64,000 bases of DNA from Chiloscyllium plagiosum (lineage: Eukaryota): the NCBI RefSeq assembly GCF_004010195.1, contig NC_057718.1, forward strand, positions 97,699,300-97,763,299. The letters run 5' to 3'. Positions 13,287 through 26,601 of this stretch are shown one piece after another. The translations under genes were made by a program, and so were the position numbers. The notes beneath the pieces were generated by a model. The model ran no database searches, had not been told where the DNA came from, and saw only the letters and a program-made list of their open reading frames with translations. Numbering within the stretch: position 1 is the first letter of the stretch; every line of letters starts with the position of its first letter.

Positions 13287-13373
13287 TTGGAAGACGCGCA
13301 GAGCAAAAGGCAAGAGAAGTTGGTGGACAAACACAAAGAAGTGCGTCAGCAAATTCTGGACGAGAAACCTAAG
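13287..13373 (+). CDS. PLCB1: PLCB1 penultimate constitutive coding exon (87 nt)
   Basis: Polypyrimidine tract plus ccccag| acceptor, AAG|gtacaa donor, phase 0/0. Encodes [29 protein letters not shown] (mammalian [29 protein letters not shown]). Confidence 0.97.
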
Positions 13374-13699
13374 GTACAATTCCGTGTCTGGAACTGGCTA
13401 AAGTATAGAACTAAATAATACATGATTAAGGGGCTATCAATAATATACCCAAGAAACCTCCAAGAATGAAGCAGAAATGTTGCATTTAGAGGGCCTTTTG
13501 TTTACAGTTGTTATCCTCTGCTGCTCTAAGATGGATGTTAGGTATGTTAAGGGTGAGCTGTGATCTGTCAGTCAGAATTGAGTGCCTGTTATATTCAATT
13601 TTACTCCATTCCCTTACATTTCTGTGGTCTAACGTGGTCAATACATGCACACCTTAATCCACGCTGAAGGATATGAACACTCACACTCAAGATGGAAGA

Positions 13700-14180
13700 G
13701 AAAGTGTTCACTCGATTGGTCCGGGGATTAGGGTGCGAGGAATGAGGTGTTGACCTTTGATGAGTAGCTGAGTAAATTGGGCCTATACTCTCTGGATTCT
13801 AGAAGAACCAGAGAGGAGTGAGAGGTGAAACATACAAGATTTTGGAAGGTCCTGACAGGGTAGATGTTAAGAAGTTGTTTCTGCTGGTCAAGGAATCTTA
13901 AGATAGTGGGGAGGTGCAGAGAGTAGTGGGGAAAGAGTCTCAAGATAAATGGTTGATCGTTTCAGACTGAAATGAGGAGAACTCACTTCATGAATGACAT
14001 GGATTTCATGGAATTTGGATTGACCATTCTTGAACATATTTAAGGCCAATTTAGGCAGGACGGGAAGCAGGCAGGAAAATGCAGTTGAAGCCTAAAGACC
14101 CAGTTGTGACTATACTGGATGGTGAAACAGGCTCACTGGACTAAATGGTCTCTGCCTGTTACTATTTCTTGATGTTTCAG
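13700..14180 (+). mobile_element. CR1 3' fragment (old)
   Basis: gttcactcgattgg...ctgagtaaattgggcctatactctctgga...gaaatgaggagaaac. Confidence 0.7.
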
Positions 14181-16005
14181 AATTAATCTTATCATTTTGT
14201 GTTGCAATTATTGTGTGGGTTTTGACTGTTTCTATTCCGAGGAATTTATAACATAAGGCACTGAAAAGTGCGTGACTTATTGATACATTCATATAATTTT
14301 TAGGTTTGGGATTTTCAAACTAGTGGCATGGGGTATTGGTTACTTTTGTGAAGGTCTTTTTTAAAATATATAGTCACAGTGTCTTTTCTGGAACCATGAC
14401 CTAATCCAGTATGTATTGGAGAACAGAAGACGACAAGCCCCCTGGACTTTTACGAAAAGATTGTTGATACAGTGAGGGGTTGGGGAAGTGTTCACATTGA
14501 TAGGCATTAGCTTGCTTTTGGTTTAGAATAATAAAAAATTGATCGTAGCTTAAAAAATTCAAAGACTGAGAGCTTTTAGGGCAGTTTTTTTGAAGGACAC
14601 CTGTCTCGGGTTGAAAGCAAATACAATTTCTCTCTTAGCAAGGAGGTTAAGACGGTTCAGGGAAAGCCCCATTACTTGGTGTGAGAGTTTCTGTTTGGTC
14701 AGAAACTGGCAAATATTTAAAACATTCAGAATATCTAAGTTTCCGAATTTGAGAGTATTTATGTAAGAAGACTTCACAGTTTACAAGACAGAAGATGTTA
14801 AGTCAAACTCAAAGATTTGATTCAGAAGGGTCATTACTCTAGCTTTCATGCTGTAAATTTGTGGAATAAATGAGACATTATTCTGCTGTGTGTTTAAGAT
14901 CTTTCAAACATGTATTCTATGTTTAAAGAGCTTGGTTCAGATTATATTTGTTTCTTTTTTGTGATAAGCTTCTGATTAATGGTTAAAGAAAATGCTCACT
15001 GAGGTAAAGAGTTCTATTGTGCTCTGTGCTGACTACCAATATTGAGGGAGAGGATAAAGTGAAGTTTCTAATCAGCCTATACAGAGATGTTATGACATAA
15101 CTCTGGAGTTGGTGGGGCTTGAACGCAGTCCTCTTGGCTTAGAAATAAAGATACTACCACTGTATCACAAGAGCCCCTGAGAGATTGAAATGAATTGAGT
15201 TAATAAACCCAAGCCAGCAGGTGAGGGAGAAACCATGGTGCAGAGCTTTACTTTGCAGTAAGAGTTTATTCACTTCCTTAGTCTCACACCTCAGTTTCAC
15301 AGCCATTCCCGACTAGATGTGCTCAAACACATTTAATATCCACCACTTGTTTTGTTTAACCTTAACAATTACATTAATAAGCCTTAACAATGTGATTGAC
15401 CAGACATTAAGAGATTGAATTTATCCCACTTTGATGATTAGCTGAGGAAGTCGATGATTCATGGCTGTCATTTCATCTGTTCTTATTCTGGCCATCAGCA
15501 GCCATTGGACTACAAAATACTGAATCACCAATGTCATTGTGGCTGACACTTGTCTTGGACACAAACACAATATCAGTGACGGTGAATCACTTCCCATTTT
15601 ATATCCCATGGGTTTCAGTAGAATCCGTTGCTTACTCACCATTATCTATTATGCACCACAGCCCATGAACAATTCCATGACAAATGTTACATCACAACAG
15701 TTATAGAATGAGACCATTCTATACCAGTTCTTTCTATGCAGTCCCGCTCCCTGATATTTCCCCAGGTAGGTCAGTCAATGAGGCATAAAATTAGGCAACC
15801 CACCCATCCATCCTCACCCCCACCCACCACTGAAACTTTATTAATCGCTGGAAAGACATCTGCTAGCCATGCGCCAACTGAAACCGTTACATTGCCAATC
15901 AATGGGATTTAAGGGCCTTAGCCCACTGCCACTGGGATTTCACCAAGAGCAGAATAGTCCCACATTAAGTGTCCAGCCTGGCAGCTTTCACTGGGCATGT
16001 ATGTG

Positions 16006-16102
16006 CCATTCCTGATGAAGGGCTTTTGCCTGAAACATTGATTTTCCTGCTCCGATGCTGCCTGAACTGCTGTGCTTTTCCAGCACCACTCTAATCTAGA
16101 AC
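16006..16102 (+). mobile_element. Penelope-like element end (solo)
   Basis: attcctgatgaagggcttttgcctgaaacattg. Flanked by catgtatgtg at 15996-16005 and 16103-16112. Confidence 0.75.
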
Positions 16103-16619
16103 CATGTATGTGTAGGGCAAAAGTGAGGGCATGCCCATCAGAATTTACCCCCTTAAGGTCTTCCATCTCTTATATTTCCTCTCCCTCACCACCAAAACCC
16201 CAACCCACTGATGTATAACTCCAGCTTCTTGGCATCCCATTGTTGGAATGGCCACCATCCCTGGTGACGCTATTGGGACCTGAAAGCAGGCAGTTAGAAA
16301 ATTGGTCAGTATTTCCAGGGGTGAGTCCACTTCCCCAGGTGGAGACCTAAAGCCCCCAGCTGAGCAATGCCGCCAGGCTCGGGCAGCAGGGTGCACCCTG
16401 GCTACTACCTCAGGGCAACAGAAACCCAGATGCTCTGCGCAATCCAAACCATGTCCCAATGTCCTCCTCCTACACAGATGGTGTTCATGTTGCCAAGTCT
16501 GCTTCCCTTTATCATTTTGCAGGTTATTAAACCGCAAGGGCAGTCACTGAGCTAACTGAAATACAGAGAAGTAACCCTACCTCTTGAGTGTTCATAGCAA
16601 TGGGTACAGTTACACAGCA

Positions 16620-17255
16620 ATGGCTGGCACAGTGGCTCAGTGGTTAGCACTTCTGCCTCACAGCGCCAGGGTCCCAGGTTCAATTCTAGCCTTGGGCGAC
16701 TGTCTGCGTGGAGTTTGCATGTTCTCCCTGTGTCTGCATGGATTTCCTCTGGGTGCTCTGGTTTCCTCCCTCAGTCACAATGATGTGCAGGTCTGGTGAG
16801 TTGCCCATAGTGTTAGGTGTCTTAGTCAGAGGGAAGTGGGTCTGGGTGGGTTATTTTGCAGAGGGTCAGTGTGGACTAATTGGGCTGAAGGGCCTGTTTC
16901 CGCACTGTAGGTTATCTAATCTTGCCTAAACATTTGGGGCAGCACGGTGGCTCAGTGGTTAGCACTGCTGCCTCACAGCTTGAGGGTTCCAGGTTAGATT
17001 ACAGCCTCAGGCGACTGTCTGTGTGGAGTTTGCACATTCTACCCGTGTCTGCGTGGGTTTCCTCCGGGTGGTGCAGTTTCCTCCCACAGTCCAATTTGTG
17101 CAGGTCAGGTGAATTTGTCCTGTTAAATTGCCCATAGTGTTGGGTACATTAGTCAGAAGGAAATGGGTCTGGGTGGGTTACTCTTCAGAGAGTTGGTGTG
17201 GACTGGTTGGGCCAAAAGGCCAGTTTCCACACTGTAGGGAATCGAATCTAATCTA
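16620..17255 (+). mobile_element. Two tandem HE1-like V-SINEs (~16620-16921, ~16936-17255)
   Basis: Two full head/V-domain/tail units. Confidence 0.9.
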
Positions 17256-18429
17256 AACTGGCTATAGTCCTGCCCCGTATGGTTGCACTATAAATGTTTG
17301 AACATGACCAAGTCCAATTGCACTTCTGAATGTGCTATACATGCACCTGTTGTTTCCCAGATACCATCCCAGCCTTTAACCCAGCTAACTTTGATGGGAG
17401 GTAAACCATTTTTGAAATACAATTGCAATTTTCATATTATTAATTGCAGCTATTGAACATTACTAAAACAAGCTGTGCACCCATGTCAGCGGTACCCTTC
17501 GCCCAGCTTCTAATTGCGATGAGTTACAAATTCTAATCAGTATATCAGGGCAATTTGAAATACACAATAAAGACAAAGCTGTAAAACCTCAAAGTCCAGT
17601 CATTAAAGATGCAGACGATGGCATTTTCCCTTTGATCCTGTTTCTTGAGTGAAATGTTATTATTACATGAGGGATGAAAAAGAAATTGTTGAGTGTTCTT
17701 CAGGACATCAGAAGTTGAAGCTCATGTTTGTTCTGTACAGATTTGGAGCTCGACAATTTTTCACCCATTCCATCATCTCTCAGGTTCTAGATCACAATTC
17801 ACAATTCTAATCACGTCACTTTCAGAAGAATGCAGAGGTCTTTAAAAAGGAATGGAAACATTACTATATAATTCCTAATCAAAAATAACGCACCCATGAG
17901 GGCATTTTGTTCATTACCATGACATTACAATGCACGCATATTAAATATTATTAAACTTAAGGGAGTTGATCTAATGTCTTTAGCACTGGCATTAATTGAG
18001 TTTTCACTGGTGAAATATAAATGTAGTATTGCAATGTTAAGCAACACAATGTTAGTGTTATCAAATAAATTAAATGATAGGGCAATTCACAATAGGGCCT
18101 CAAAATTCTTCAGGTCATAAAGCTGACTGTTATACAGTCAATATCGTCAACTTCATTCGCAAATCTCAGCATGTGCAAAGTGAGAATTAACATCTCAGGA
18201 TCTCTTCATGCTCCCCACAAACATTTTAATCACTTGTCTACAGAGGGTTAAGTGGAGAATCACACAAGACGATGAAAGATGTAACTAGATCTCTTGTTTT
18301 CCTGGTGCTATATTGGAAGATGGCCACTGTCATTTTTTCAGATGCCAACAAGTCCTAGTTTCTCCGATTAACCAACCACTGATGACCTGTGACTGGAATA
18401 ATTCTCAGCACCAAAATTTCTCCCTCGTT

Positions 18430-18680
18430 ATTTTCCTGATCAACCTGTTCAGAAATGTATTGGCACACCTCTGGAGCAGGTGGGACTTGAACCCTGGTGT
18501 CCAAGCCCGGATGTAGGGACACTACCACTGCACTACAAAAACCCCAAACTTCCCCTCTAGATATTTTCTAATCAACTTGTCCAGACATGCTATTTGCATA
18601 CCTCTGGAGCTTGTCGGACTTGAACACAGGCCTCCTGGCTCAGAGGAATGGACAATACCACTTTGATACAAGGGCCCTGG
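18430..18680 (-). mobile_element. Tandem pair of short (~115 bp) tRNA-derived SINE units
   Basis: Reverse of tgtggtgcagtggtagtgtccct...gggttcaagtcccacctgctccagaggtgtg...ctgaacaggttgattagaaaat, present twice. Confidence 0.65.
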
Positions 18681-19419
18681 ACACTTGCTCTCCACGCTGA
18701 ATCTAAGGACCTTCTAATTGTTAGTGGCAAAGGATAGACAATGATAGTGTCTTAACAAGATGAAACACTTGTGTGACATATGGGGTGTGGTTTATTGCAT
18801 TGTAACAATAGGTATATTTAACATTCACTGGTTAAGAATAATTGCAATGATATGGAGTCAGGTGTGTCGCATTGGTCTCCGTTGGGACTTTATGCTGCAC
18901 ACACACTCCTTCTCTACCCAAAGACTGTGTGACACCACCCATTTGGGTGGAGATCAATACAGCTCAACATTTATTCTTTCAGAACTATTGCTTTGCAATA
19001 TAGCGTGTGGAATATTGGAATTAATGAGATTTGGGAATGTTGCACTTTAGATTTTTGTGTTGTGATAAGTACACAGAATCTCAGATGTTTTACAGGATAG
19101 GAGAAGGCCACTCAGTGTCAATACTGGCTCTCAGAATGAGCTTCATGATTTATTACCATTCTCCCACCATTTCCCTGTAATCCTGCACAATGTATCAATT
19201 TCCATTTCAAAATGATAATGAGTGAATGATGCCTGGAACTTCCCCCACTATGACGTACACATTACAGCAGCTGGTTTGCCACTGCCAGATCGAGGGAAAC
19301 GAGCGGAAGGCAGTAAATTCTGACCGTGCCAATGACTCCCACATCAAAATGTTGTTCTGTATTTTCACACTTGCCTTATTGCTTTGCATAAACCAAAAAT
19401 GTGGTAATTTTATGATAGG

Positions 19420-19903
19420 GTTCAGAAATGATTTACCAGGATATTGCAAGGGTTGGACGATTTGAGCTATAGGGAGAGGTCGAATAGGCTGGCACTGTTT
19501 TCCCTGGAGCATCGGAGGTTGAGGGGTGATCTTATAGAGGTTTATAAAATCATAAGGGGCATGGATAGGGTAAATAGACAAGGTCTTTTCCCTGTGGTAG
19601 GGGAGTCCAGAACTAGAGAGCATAGATTTAGGGTGAGAGGGGAAAGATATAATAGGGACCTACGGGGCAAGTTTATCACACAGAGGATGGTGCACATCTA
19701 GAATGAGCTGCCAGAGGATGTGGTGGAGGCTGGTACAATTACAGCATTTAAAAGGCATTTGGATGGGTATATGAATAGGAAGGGTTTAGAGGAATATGGG
19801 TTGGGTGCTGGCAGGTGGGACTAGATTGGGTTGGGATATCTGGTCAGCATGGTCGAGTTGGACCGAAGGGTCTGTTTCCATGCTGTACATCTCTATGACT
19901 CTA
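19420..19903 (+). mobile_element. CR1 LINE 3' end
   Basis: GLDDLSYRERSNRLALFSLEHRRLRGDLIEVYKIIRG, with tail ctgtacatctctatgactct. Confidence 0.9.
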
Positions 19904-20686
19904 AGACAAAGATAAATCTCTATCATTTACACTATCTCCCTTGGTTAAGTTACTCTTCGAGCTGTCTATATGGTAGGTTGTTCTGTCCTTCGAATGTGAC
20001 CAGCCTGAGTTGAGATAGCACCTGCAGCATGACCCACAAAGCCCAACTGCTGGATTGAGGTTGTGTGACCGCCTACCCCGCCCACCCCCCGGCCCAACCA
20101 ACTTGTTATGCAATAAAACCAACTTGGAGCTGAGAAACAATCGATCTTCAAGGTTTGTGCTGGCACAGAAACTTGGATCTTACCACCATGGTACAGTCCC
20201 ACTATGGTTTATCGCATTTCAAAGCGCTGGAATATTGTGCTGAATGAACTGCCGTCACATTACTGGGCATGCCTGCACCCATGGTCTTCCCTAAGGCAAA
20301 GTCCTGGGTGTGAAAATAATATAGGGAAGTGGAAAATGGGCCCTTCAAGCTTATGTATATATCCCATATCTTCTTATCATTTGCCCTGGAGAGAGTTCAT
20401 GGACACTGATAATTTGCTTGTTTCTGGAGCCTTTATTCTTCCCTCACTTTTAACCCTCCCCTCACATTCTTTGGATACAAGAATGGGGGACCATAATCAC
20501 TGTTGTGTTGAACAGTTTCATATTGGTTCAGCAAAATCTTTTGGCTTTTGTACTGTGTGTCTGTATGGGAAACTCAGGTTCCAATATGGTACACTTTCCA
20601 ACCAAATCTTTGTCAAACAATTGCACACAACTTGGCTGTTCCTATTATGCAATCAAGTCCATTTATTTGATCAGACCCACTACCGT

Positions 20687-20998
20687 GGGGCAGCGCGGTG
20701 TCTCAGTGGTTAGCACTGCTGCCTCACAGCGCCAAGGACCCAGGTTCGACTTCAGCCTTGGGTGACTGCCTGTGTGGAGTTTGCACATTCTCCCCGTGTC
20801 TGTGTGGGTTTCCTCCGGGTGCGCCGGTTTCCTCCCACAGTCCAAAGATGTGCAGGTCAGGTGAATTGGCCGTGTAAATTGCCCATAGTGTTAGGTGCAT
20901 TAGTTAGGGGGAATGGGTCTGGGTGGGTTACTCTTCGGAGGGTTGGTGTGGACTTGTTGGGCTGAAGGGCCTGTTTCCACACTGTAGGGGAATCTAAT
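20687..20998 (+). mobile_element. HE1-like V-SINE
   Basis: Full-length unit. Confidence 0.9.
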
Positions 20999-21554
20999 AT
21001 AAAAAAACCCTCTGATGAACAATACCCCAACAGCGACATCAAAACTCTTGAACCTCACTAGCACCACGAGCAATCATCCCAAGCACAATGAGAACACCTT
21101 GAACTAACAATTGTATATTCCATTGGCACCCAACTTCACTTACACATTTAGCGATAGCAAAACCTCCCATTAAATTTGCACCCAAACCATAACCCTAATT
21201 CACCTGAGATAATGTACTATTCTTATTCAAACAAACATAAGAAATAGGAGTCGAAGTAAGGCCATTTGGCTCATCGAGTCCACTCCGCAATGTATTCGTT
21301 AACTGGGAAAATAATTTACATTTAAATATTTTCTCATTGGATTTGAAACAAGTAACACTTACACATATCCAGAGTGGAGCACATATAATAGAAAGAAAGA
21401 TACCGCAGTTGCTGAAAATCTGAAATAACAATAGAATTTCTTTTGACTCAGACCAGGCAGCAACAGCGGACAGAGAAGCAGTTAATGCTTCATGTTTGAT
21501 GAAGGGTTTCTGAGTTTTGTTCCACTCATGTGCTGCCAGACACGCTGAGCATTT

Positions 21555-21820
21555 CCAGAATGGCAGAACAATGCCATTCGACCCATTGAGTCTGCACCAC
21601 CATTCGATCACGGCTAATATGTTTCTCAATCCCATTCTCCTGCCTTCTTCCCATATCCCTTAAGAATCAAGAATCTATCTCTCTCCATTTTAAGTGCACA
21701 TAATGGCTTGGCTTCCACAGCCCTCTGCAGCAATAAATTCCAAAGATTCACCACCCTCTGGCTGAAGAAGTTCCTACTCATCTCAGTTTTAAAGCGTCAT
21801 CCCCTCGTGCTGAGGCTGTC
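21555..21820 (-). mobile_element. CR1 3' end fragment
   Basis: gccattcgacccattgagtctgcaccaccattcgatcacggct...gaagaagttcctactcatctcagtttt. Confidence 0.75.
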
Positions 21821-22526
21821 CCAACATTCCCCATCTCTAATGGAGCAAAGTAACCCCTTCCTGCCAGTTCTCCGAGCAGTGATTAGACTTTGTGTGAGCC
21901 TCTCATTTTCGTTTAGCAGGAACCCCAGCAAGAACTGCCTGGGAACTGGCACATCGTGAAACGTGAACTTAAATAAAAAGTGCAAGGAAAACGTAAACGT
22001 CTTACTCAGGAAAAATCAAAGTCAATAACTTGATCTTTTAAGAGGTTGAGTAATGAATAAATGTGCAGAACAGAAGGGCCAACTAACTAAACTTTTTAAA
22101 ATTGCCATTTCTAAGGAGGACAGCAAGAGAGGGAGACAGACTATACCCTAAGTTCTTGTCATTCCCAGAAGGGGGAAGGGCTTATCGGAACAGGGGCAAA
22201 ATAAAGAGTTACTAATCTTGTATTCACCCCTGACCATGCATACTCTGACCAAACCTTGATGAAATTCATAAGACAGTCAGGGCTCTGAGACAGATTGCCC
22301 TTTTAAGTGTGGGTTTTTCCATCCACTCCCTACACATGTGTGGATAGCTTTTTGTGGAGGGAAAGAGTATGGGCTTGTCAGTATGTGTCAGGCTCATTTC
22401 CAGTTTCAGAATTAGATTCAGAATTAAGCTCCTTCTCTTATTCCTTTCCAACTCCCTCTCTCTTTCCCCTCACATGAAAGCAAAGGTTACCATAGTACCA
22501 GAGGACCCTAAGTTTGCTTTCTCATT

Positions 22527-22549
22527 AGAGAGAGAGAGAGAGAGAGAGA
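22527..22549. repeat. (GA)n microsatellite
   Basis: Direct reading. Confidence 0.9.
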
Positions 22550-22919
22550 AATCTGGTGGTGAGTTTAACATAACAGTCGCCACTGCTCAGGCGAGATTTT
22601 ACCGTGTCGATGGTGCAGGAATGCTGTCGATTGCTAACCAGCCCAACTAAGCAAACAGACCTCCATCACACCTTTCTTAATCTCACTCTGTCTCTCGCTC
22701 CCACTCTAACACTGACCTCTCTCCATCTCTATCAGGGGAATGTTGGCATCGCTTATGATGTCAATTAAAGGACATCGTACAATAATCACAGTGGCTATAG
22801 ACCAACGGATTGTGCCTGTGGTGACTATGTTCACAAATAATGGTCTTTGATTGAAGAGAATGGTTTGTTCATGCCTGCTCTGTGTGGATCCCTCGTTATT
22901 TTGAGGTTTTTGATCAGTT

Positions 22920-24130
22920 CATAGAATCCCTACATTGTGGGAGCAGGCCATTCAGCCCATCAAGTCCACACTGACCATCCAAAGAGCATCCCAACCAGAT
23001 AACCCCACTCCCCACCCCATTATATTCCTGTAACCCTGCATTTCCCATGGCTGACCCACCTCGCCTGCACATACAATTTAGCATGGCCAATCCACCCTAA
23101 CCCGCACATCCTGGACACAAGGGAACCATTTAGCATGGCCAATCCATCTAACTTGCACATCCTTGGAGTGGGGGAGGAAACCCACGAAGTCATTTACTGG
23201 TCAGAGTATTGAGTACAGGAGTTGGGAGGTCATGCTGCGACTGTACAGGACATTGGTTAGGCCACTGTTGGAATATTGTGTGCAATTCTGGTCTCCTTCC
23301 TATTGGAAAGATGTTGTGAAACTTGAAAGGGTTCAGAAAAGATTTACAAGGTTATTGCCAGGGTTGGAGGATCTGAGCTACTGGGAGCGGCTGAACAGGC
23401 TGGGGCTGGAGTGTCGGAAGCTGAGGGGTGCCCTTATATAGGTTTACAAAATTATGAGGGGCATGGATAGGATAAATAGGCAGTCTTTTCCCTGGTAAAA
23501 ACAATGACTGCAGATGCTGGAAACCAGATTCTGGATCAGTGGTGCTGGAAGGGCACAGCAATTCAGGCAGCATTCGACGAGCAGCAAAATCGACGTTTCG
23601 GGCAAAAGCCCTTCATCAGGAATGATGAAGGGCTTTTGCCCGAAACGTCGATTTTGCTGCTCGTCGAATGCTGCCTGAATTGCTGTGCTCTTCCAGCACC
23701 ACTGATCCAGTCTTTTCCCTGGGGTCGGGGAGTCCAGAACTAAAGGGCATAGGTTTAGGTTGAGAGGGGAAAGATATAAAAGAGACCAAGGGGCAACTTT
23801 TTCACACAGAGAGTGGTATGTGTATGGAATGAGCTGCCAGAGGATGTGGTGGAGGCTGGTACAATTGCAACATTTAAAAGGCATTTGGATGGGCATATGA
23901 ATCAGAAGGGTTTGGAGGGATATGGGCCGGGTGCTGGCAGGTGGGACTAGATTGGGTTGGGACATCTGCTCAGCATGGACGAGTTGGACCGAAGGGTCTG
24001 TTTCTATGCTGTACACCTCTATGACTTTATGACACAGCAGAATGTGCAAACTCCACACACGCAATCACTCAAGGCTGGAATTGAACCTGGGTCCCTGGCA
24101 CAGTAAGCAGTGCTAACCACTGAACCACTA
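22920..24130 (-). mobile_element. V-SINE split by a + strand CR1 (~23190-24030)
   Basis: SINE tail and V-domain at 22920-23185, SINE head at ~24032-24130. The CR1 between encodes SIEYRSWEVMLRLYRTLVRPLLEYCVQFWSP. Confidence 0.85.
23496..23707. mobile_element. Penelope-like hairpin element, family A, inside CR1
   Basis: Near-perfect ~85-bp inverted arms. 15-bp duplication cagtcttttccctgg at 23481-23495 and 23708-23722. Confidence 0.85.
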
Positions 24131-24869
24131 TACTGCCCCCAGTTCACCTCTTCTCTTTAAAGAGTATAACTTCAACCTCTCCGATCTATCGACATAACTG
24201 AGCTCCTTCATCTCAGTCGATGGAGTATTTCATCTTTTGTGTTCATGGATTTATTTGTGGGCATAAAATATGGCTGTTTTTAACTGTAATGCCTTTTAAC
24301 CTCAAGAAACAATGTATTAAGAACTAAAGCCCATTAATTAATCATAGAATCTGAAATAGATTGACTTGAACTAATCTCCAAGTCCATGCATTTCCCAGTT
24401 GGTCGGAGCTTTGATGCATTCTGGACAAGCCTGTATATGAAACCATCCAGTTTGAAGAAGGTGCTTTAAGGAGGGGATTATAGGATCAAAGGAACACGTG
24501 ACGTTATTCAGGAAATTAAAAACCAATGAGTACTTTTCAGAACAAATGCATAATTATTTAAATGAGACAAAAAATAACCAGTAATCCTGTCTGAGTTACA
24601 ATAAGCAAGAGCTTAAGTGAACACATTGATGTAGTCAGTATTTTCCAGGAGGGTCGGGTACCTGAGAAGGAAGATTGAAAAGTTTGACAAAAGAACAAAA
24701 GGGGCATAAAAGTAAAAGCATTTTTACACAGAACGTGTGGGTTTATGTGTGTGTGTTTACGTGTGTGTGTGTGCGTGTGCATGTAGCCTGTTAGAACAGG
24801 GATAATGTTTGCTCATGGAATCCTGCAATGTGGAGAAGCTGTTCTGCAGCAACTCTCAATGTTCGGGCA

Positions 24870-25315
24870 GTTAGAGTCATACAGCACAGAAACAGACCCT
24901 TCTGTCCAACCCGTCCATGCTGACCATAATCCCCAAACTAAACTAGTCCCACCTGCCTGCTCCTGGCCCATATCCCTCCAAAAATTCCTTATATGTGTCT
25001 TTTAAACGTTGTAACTGTAACCCCCCTCCACTATCTCCTCTGGCAGTTCATTCCACACACGAACCACTCTGTGTAAAAACACTTCTCCCTCACGTCTTTT
25101 TTAAATCTTTCTCCTCTCACCTTAAAAATATGCTCCCTAGTCTTGAAATCCCCCACCCTAGGGAAAATGCTACTGCCATTCACCTTATCTATAGCCCACA
25201 TGATTTATATACTTCTATAAGGGCACCCCTTAATATCCTATGTTCCAGTGAAAAATGTTCCAGCCTGTCTTTATAACTCAAATCCTCCATTCCTGGCAAC
25301 ATTCAAGTAAATCTC
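24870..25315 (-). mobile_element. CR1 3' end
   Basis: agagtcatacagcacagaaacagaccct start, then typical CR1 minus-strand sequence. Confidence 0.85.
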
Positions 25316-25740
25316 TCACTCTTACAACTTAACCTAGATATAACAGAAAACTTGATACTTGCTCCACACCTTCCATGGTCATTGAGTCCTGGGATGGGAC
25401 TTGACCCCACAGTTTCAGGACCCTAAGTGGAGGTCACTACCCACTGCACCACAAGACCTCTCCTCATGTTCGGTGGTTAGGATCTGGCGTGCACTGCTTA
25501 AGTGTGTGGTGGAGAGAGATTTAAATCGAAGCAACTAAAAAGAAATTTCTCTGGGATGTAGAGAAAGGGTACAGGAATACAACAGGTAGAGTTATCATGG
25601 CAGCAGGCTGAATGGCCTACTCCCCTACCGTAGCCATTTTGATACATTTGTTTTTACTAACAGAATTGAAAGCGTCTTAAAGCTCATTTTCTGTCAACAA
25701 AGCAGCACTTTGTTTTGTGACAGGGATTGAAGTATCACAG

Positions 25741-25968
25741 TGGGGCAGCACAGTGGTTAGCCCTGCTGTCTCACAGCACCAGGGACCTGGATTTGATTCC
25801 AGCCTATGTGTGGAGTTTGCATGCTCTCTTCGTGGGTCTGCTCATGTTTCCTTCCACAGTGCAAGTTAGGTGGATTAGCCGTGGGAAATGCAGAGTTACA
25901 GATTGAGTCTGGGTGGGATGATCTTTGGAAGGGCAGTGTGGATTCAATGGGCCAAATGGGATTCTATG
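25741..25968 (+). mobile_element. HE1-like V-SINE (deleted, diverged)
   Basis: Head, partial V-domain and tail. Confidence 0.75.
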
Positions 25969-26515
25969 ATACTGCTGAGGCTTCTGTTGTAAATTCATAA
26001 CAAAAAGCAATTGTTGTAATTTCAGTGACATGGCTACACCAACAGATGGCACCCAAGTAATTCTGAATCACATTTATCGACCTTTTACGGCCTTTCTCTT
26101 TAGGGATCGAAGCATTGACTTAAATTTCGCAGTCATTAAGGTTAAAAAGCAACACATTCCCAACTGTGTTTGAATTTCAAATGCACTTGCACGTGCTGTA
26201 AATTTTTAATGGGCTCTGAGCTTCATCTGAGGCAGTGAGACAGCTGTAGTGTAACGTACAGAGCAAAATGAAGCAAGGTCTGGTTAGCTATTTGAAATGA
26301 TTATCTTGGGTAATCCAGTCTAAAGTTGTTAAAACTTTGTGACACATTTCAGGGATGCATTTGAAATCATTGTTTCATAGTTCTATATTATGCAACGCTA
26401 TTTAGCATGACTGTGTGGCTTTTCGAGAAAAGATGATTAATATTGTGTGTTTTCAGTGAATTTCTATGATGTTACTATTGTAAATATTATTTTCATTCTC
26501 CCCATTTTGCTGCAG

Positions 26516-26601
26516 TATTTTCAAGACATTGAGGCAGAATACTCTGAAAAAAATGTTGCACTTGAGTAATCCCCCCCAGAGCCCACTGTGTTACTTTCCC
26601 T
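26516..26601 (+). CDS. PLCB1: Candidate alternative (cassette) PLCB1 exon with in-frame stop, YFQDIEAEYSEKNVALE*
   Basis: Pyrimidine-rich acceptor ttttcattctccccattttgctgcag|, donor CCT|gtaagt at 26602. Phase-0 reading has TAA at 26567-26569. Peptide resembles the start of the terminal exon. Lies in repeat-poor DNA. Confidence 0.6.

Noticed and set aside
14310..15000. Possible solo LTR
   Set aside because: Composition is suggestive, but no TG...CA ends or target duplication could be defined.
23444..24064. 206-aa minus-strand ORF
   Set aside because: Antisense reading of CR1 plus a Penelope hairpin, not a gene.
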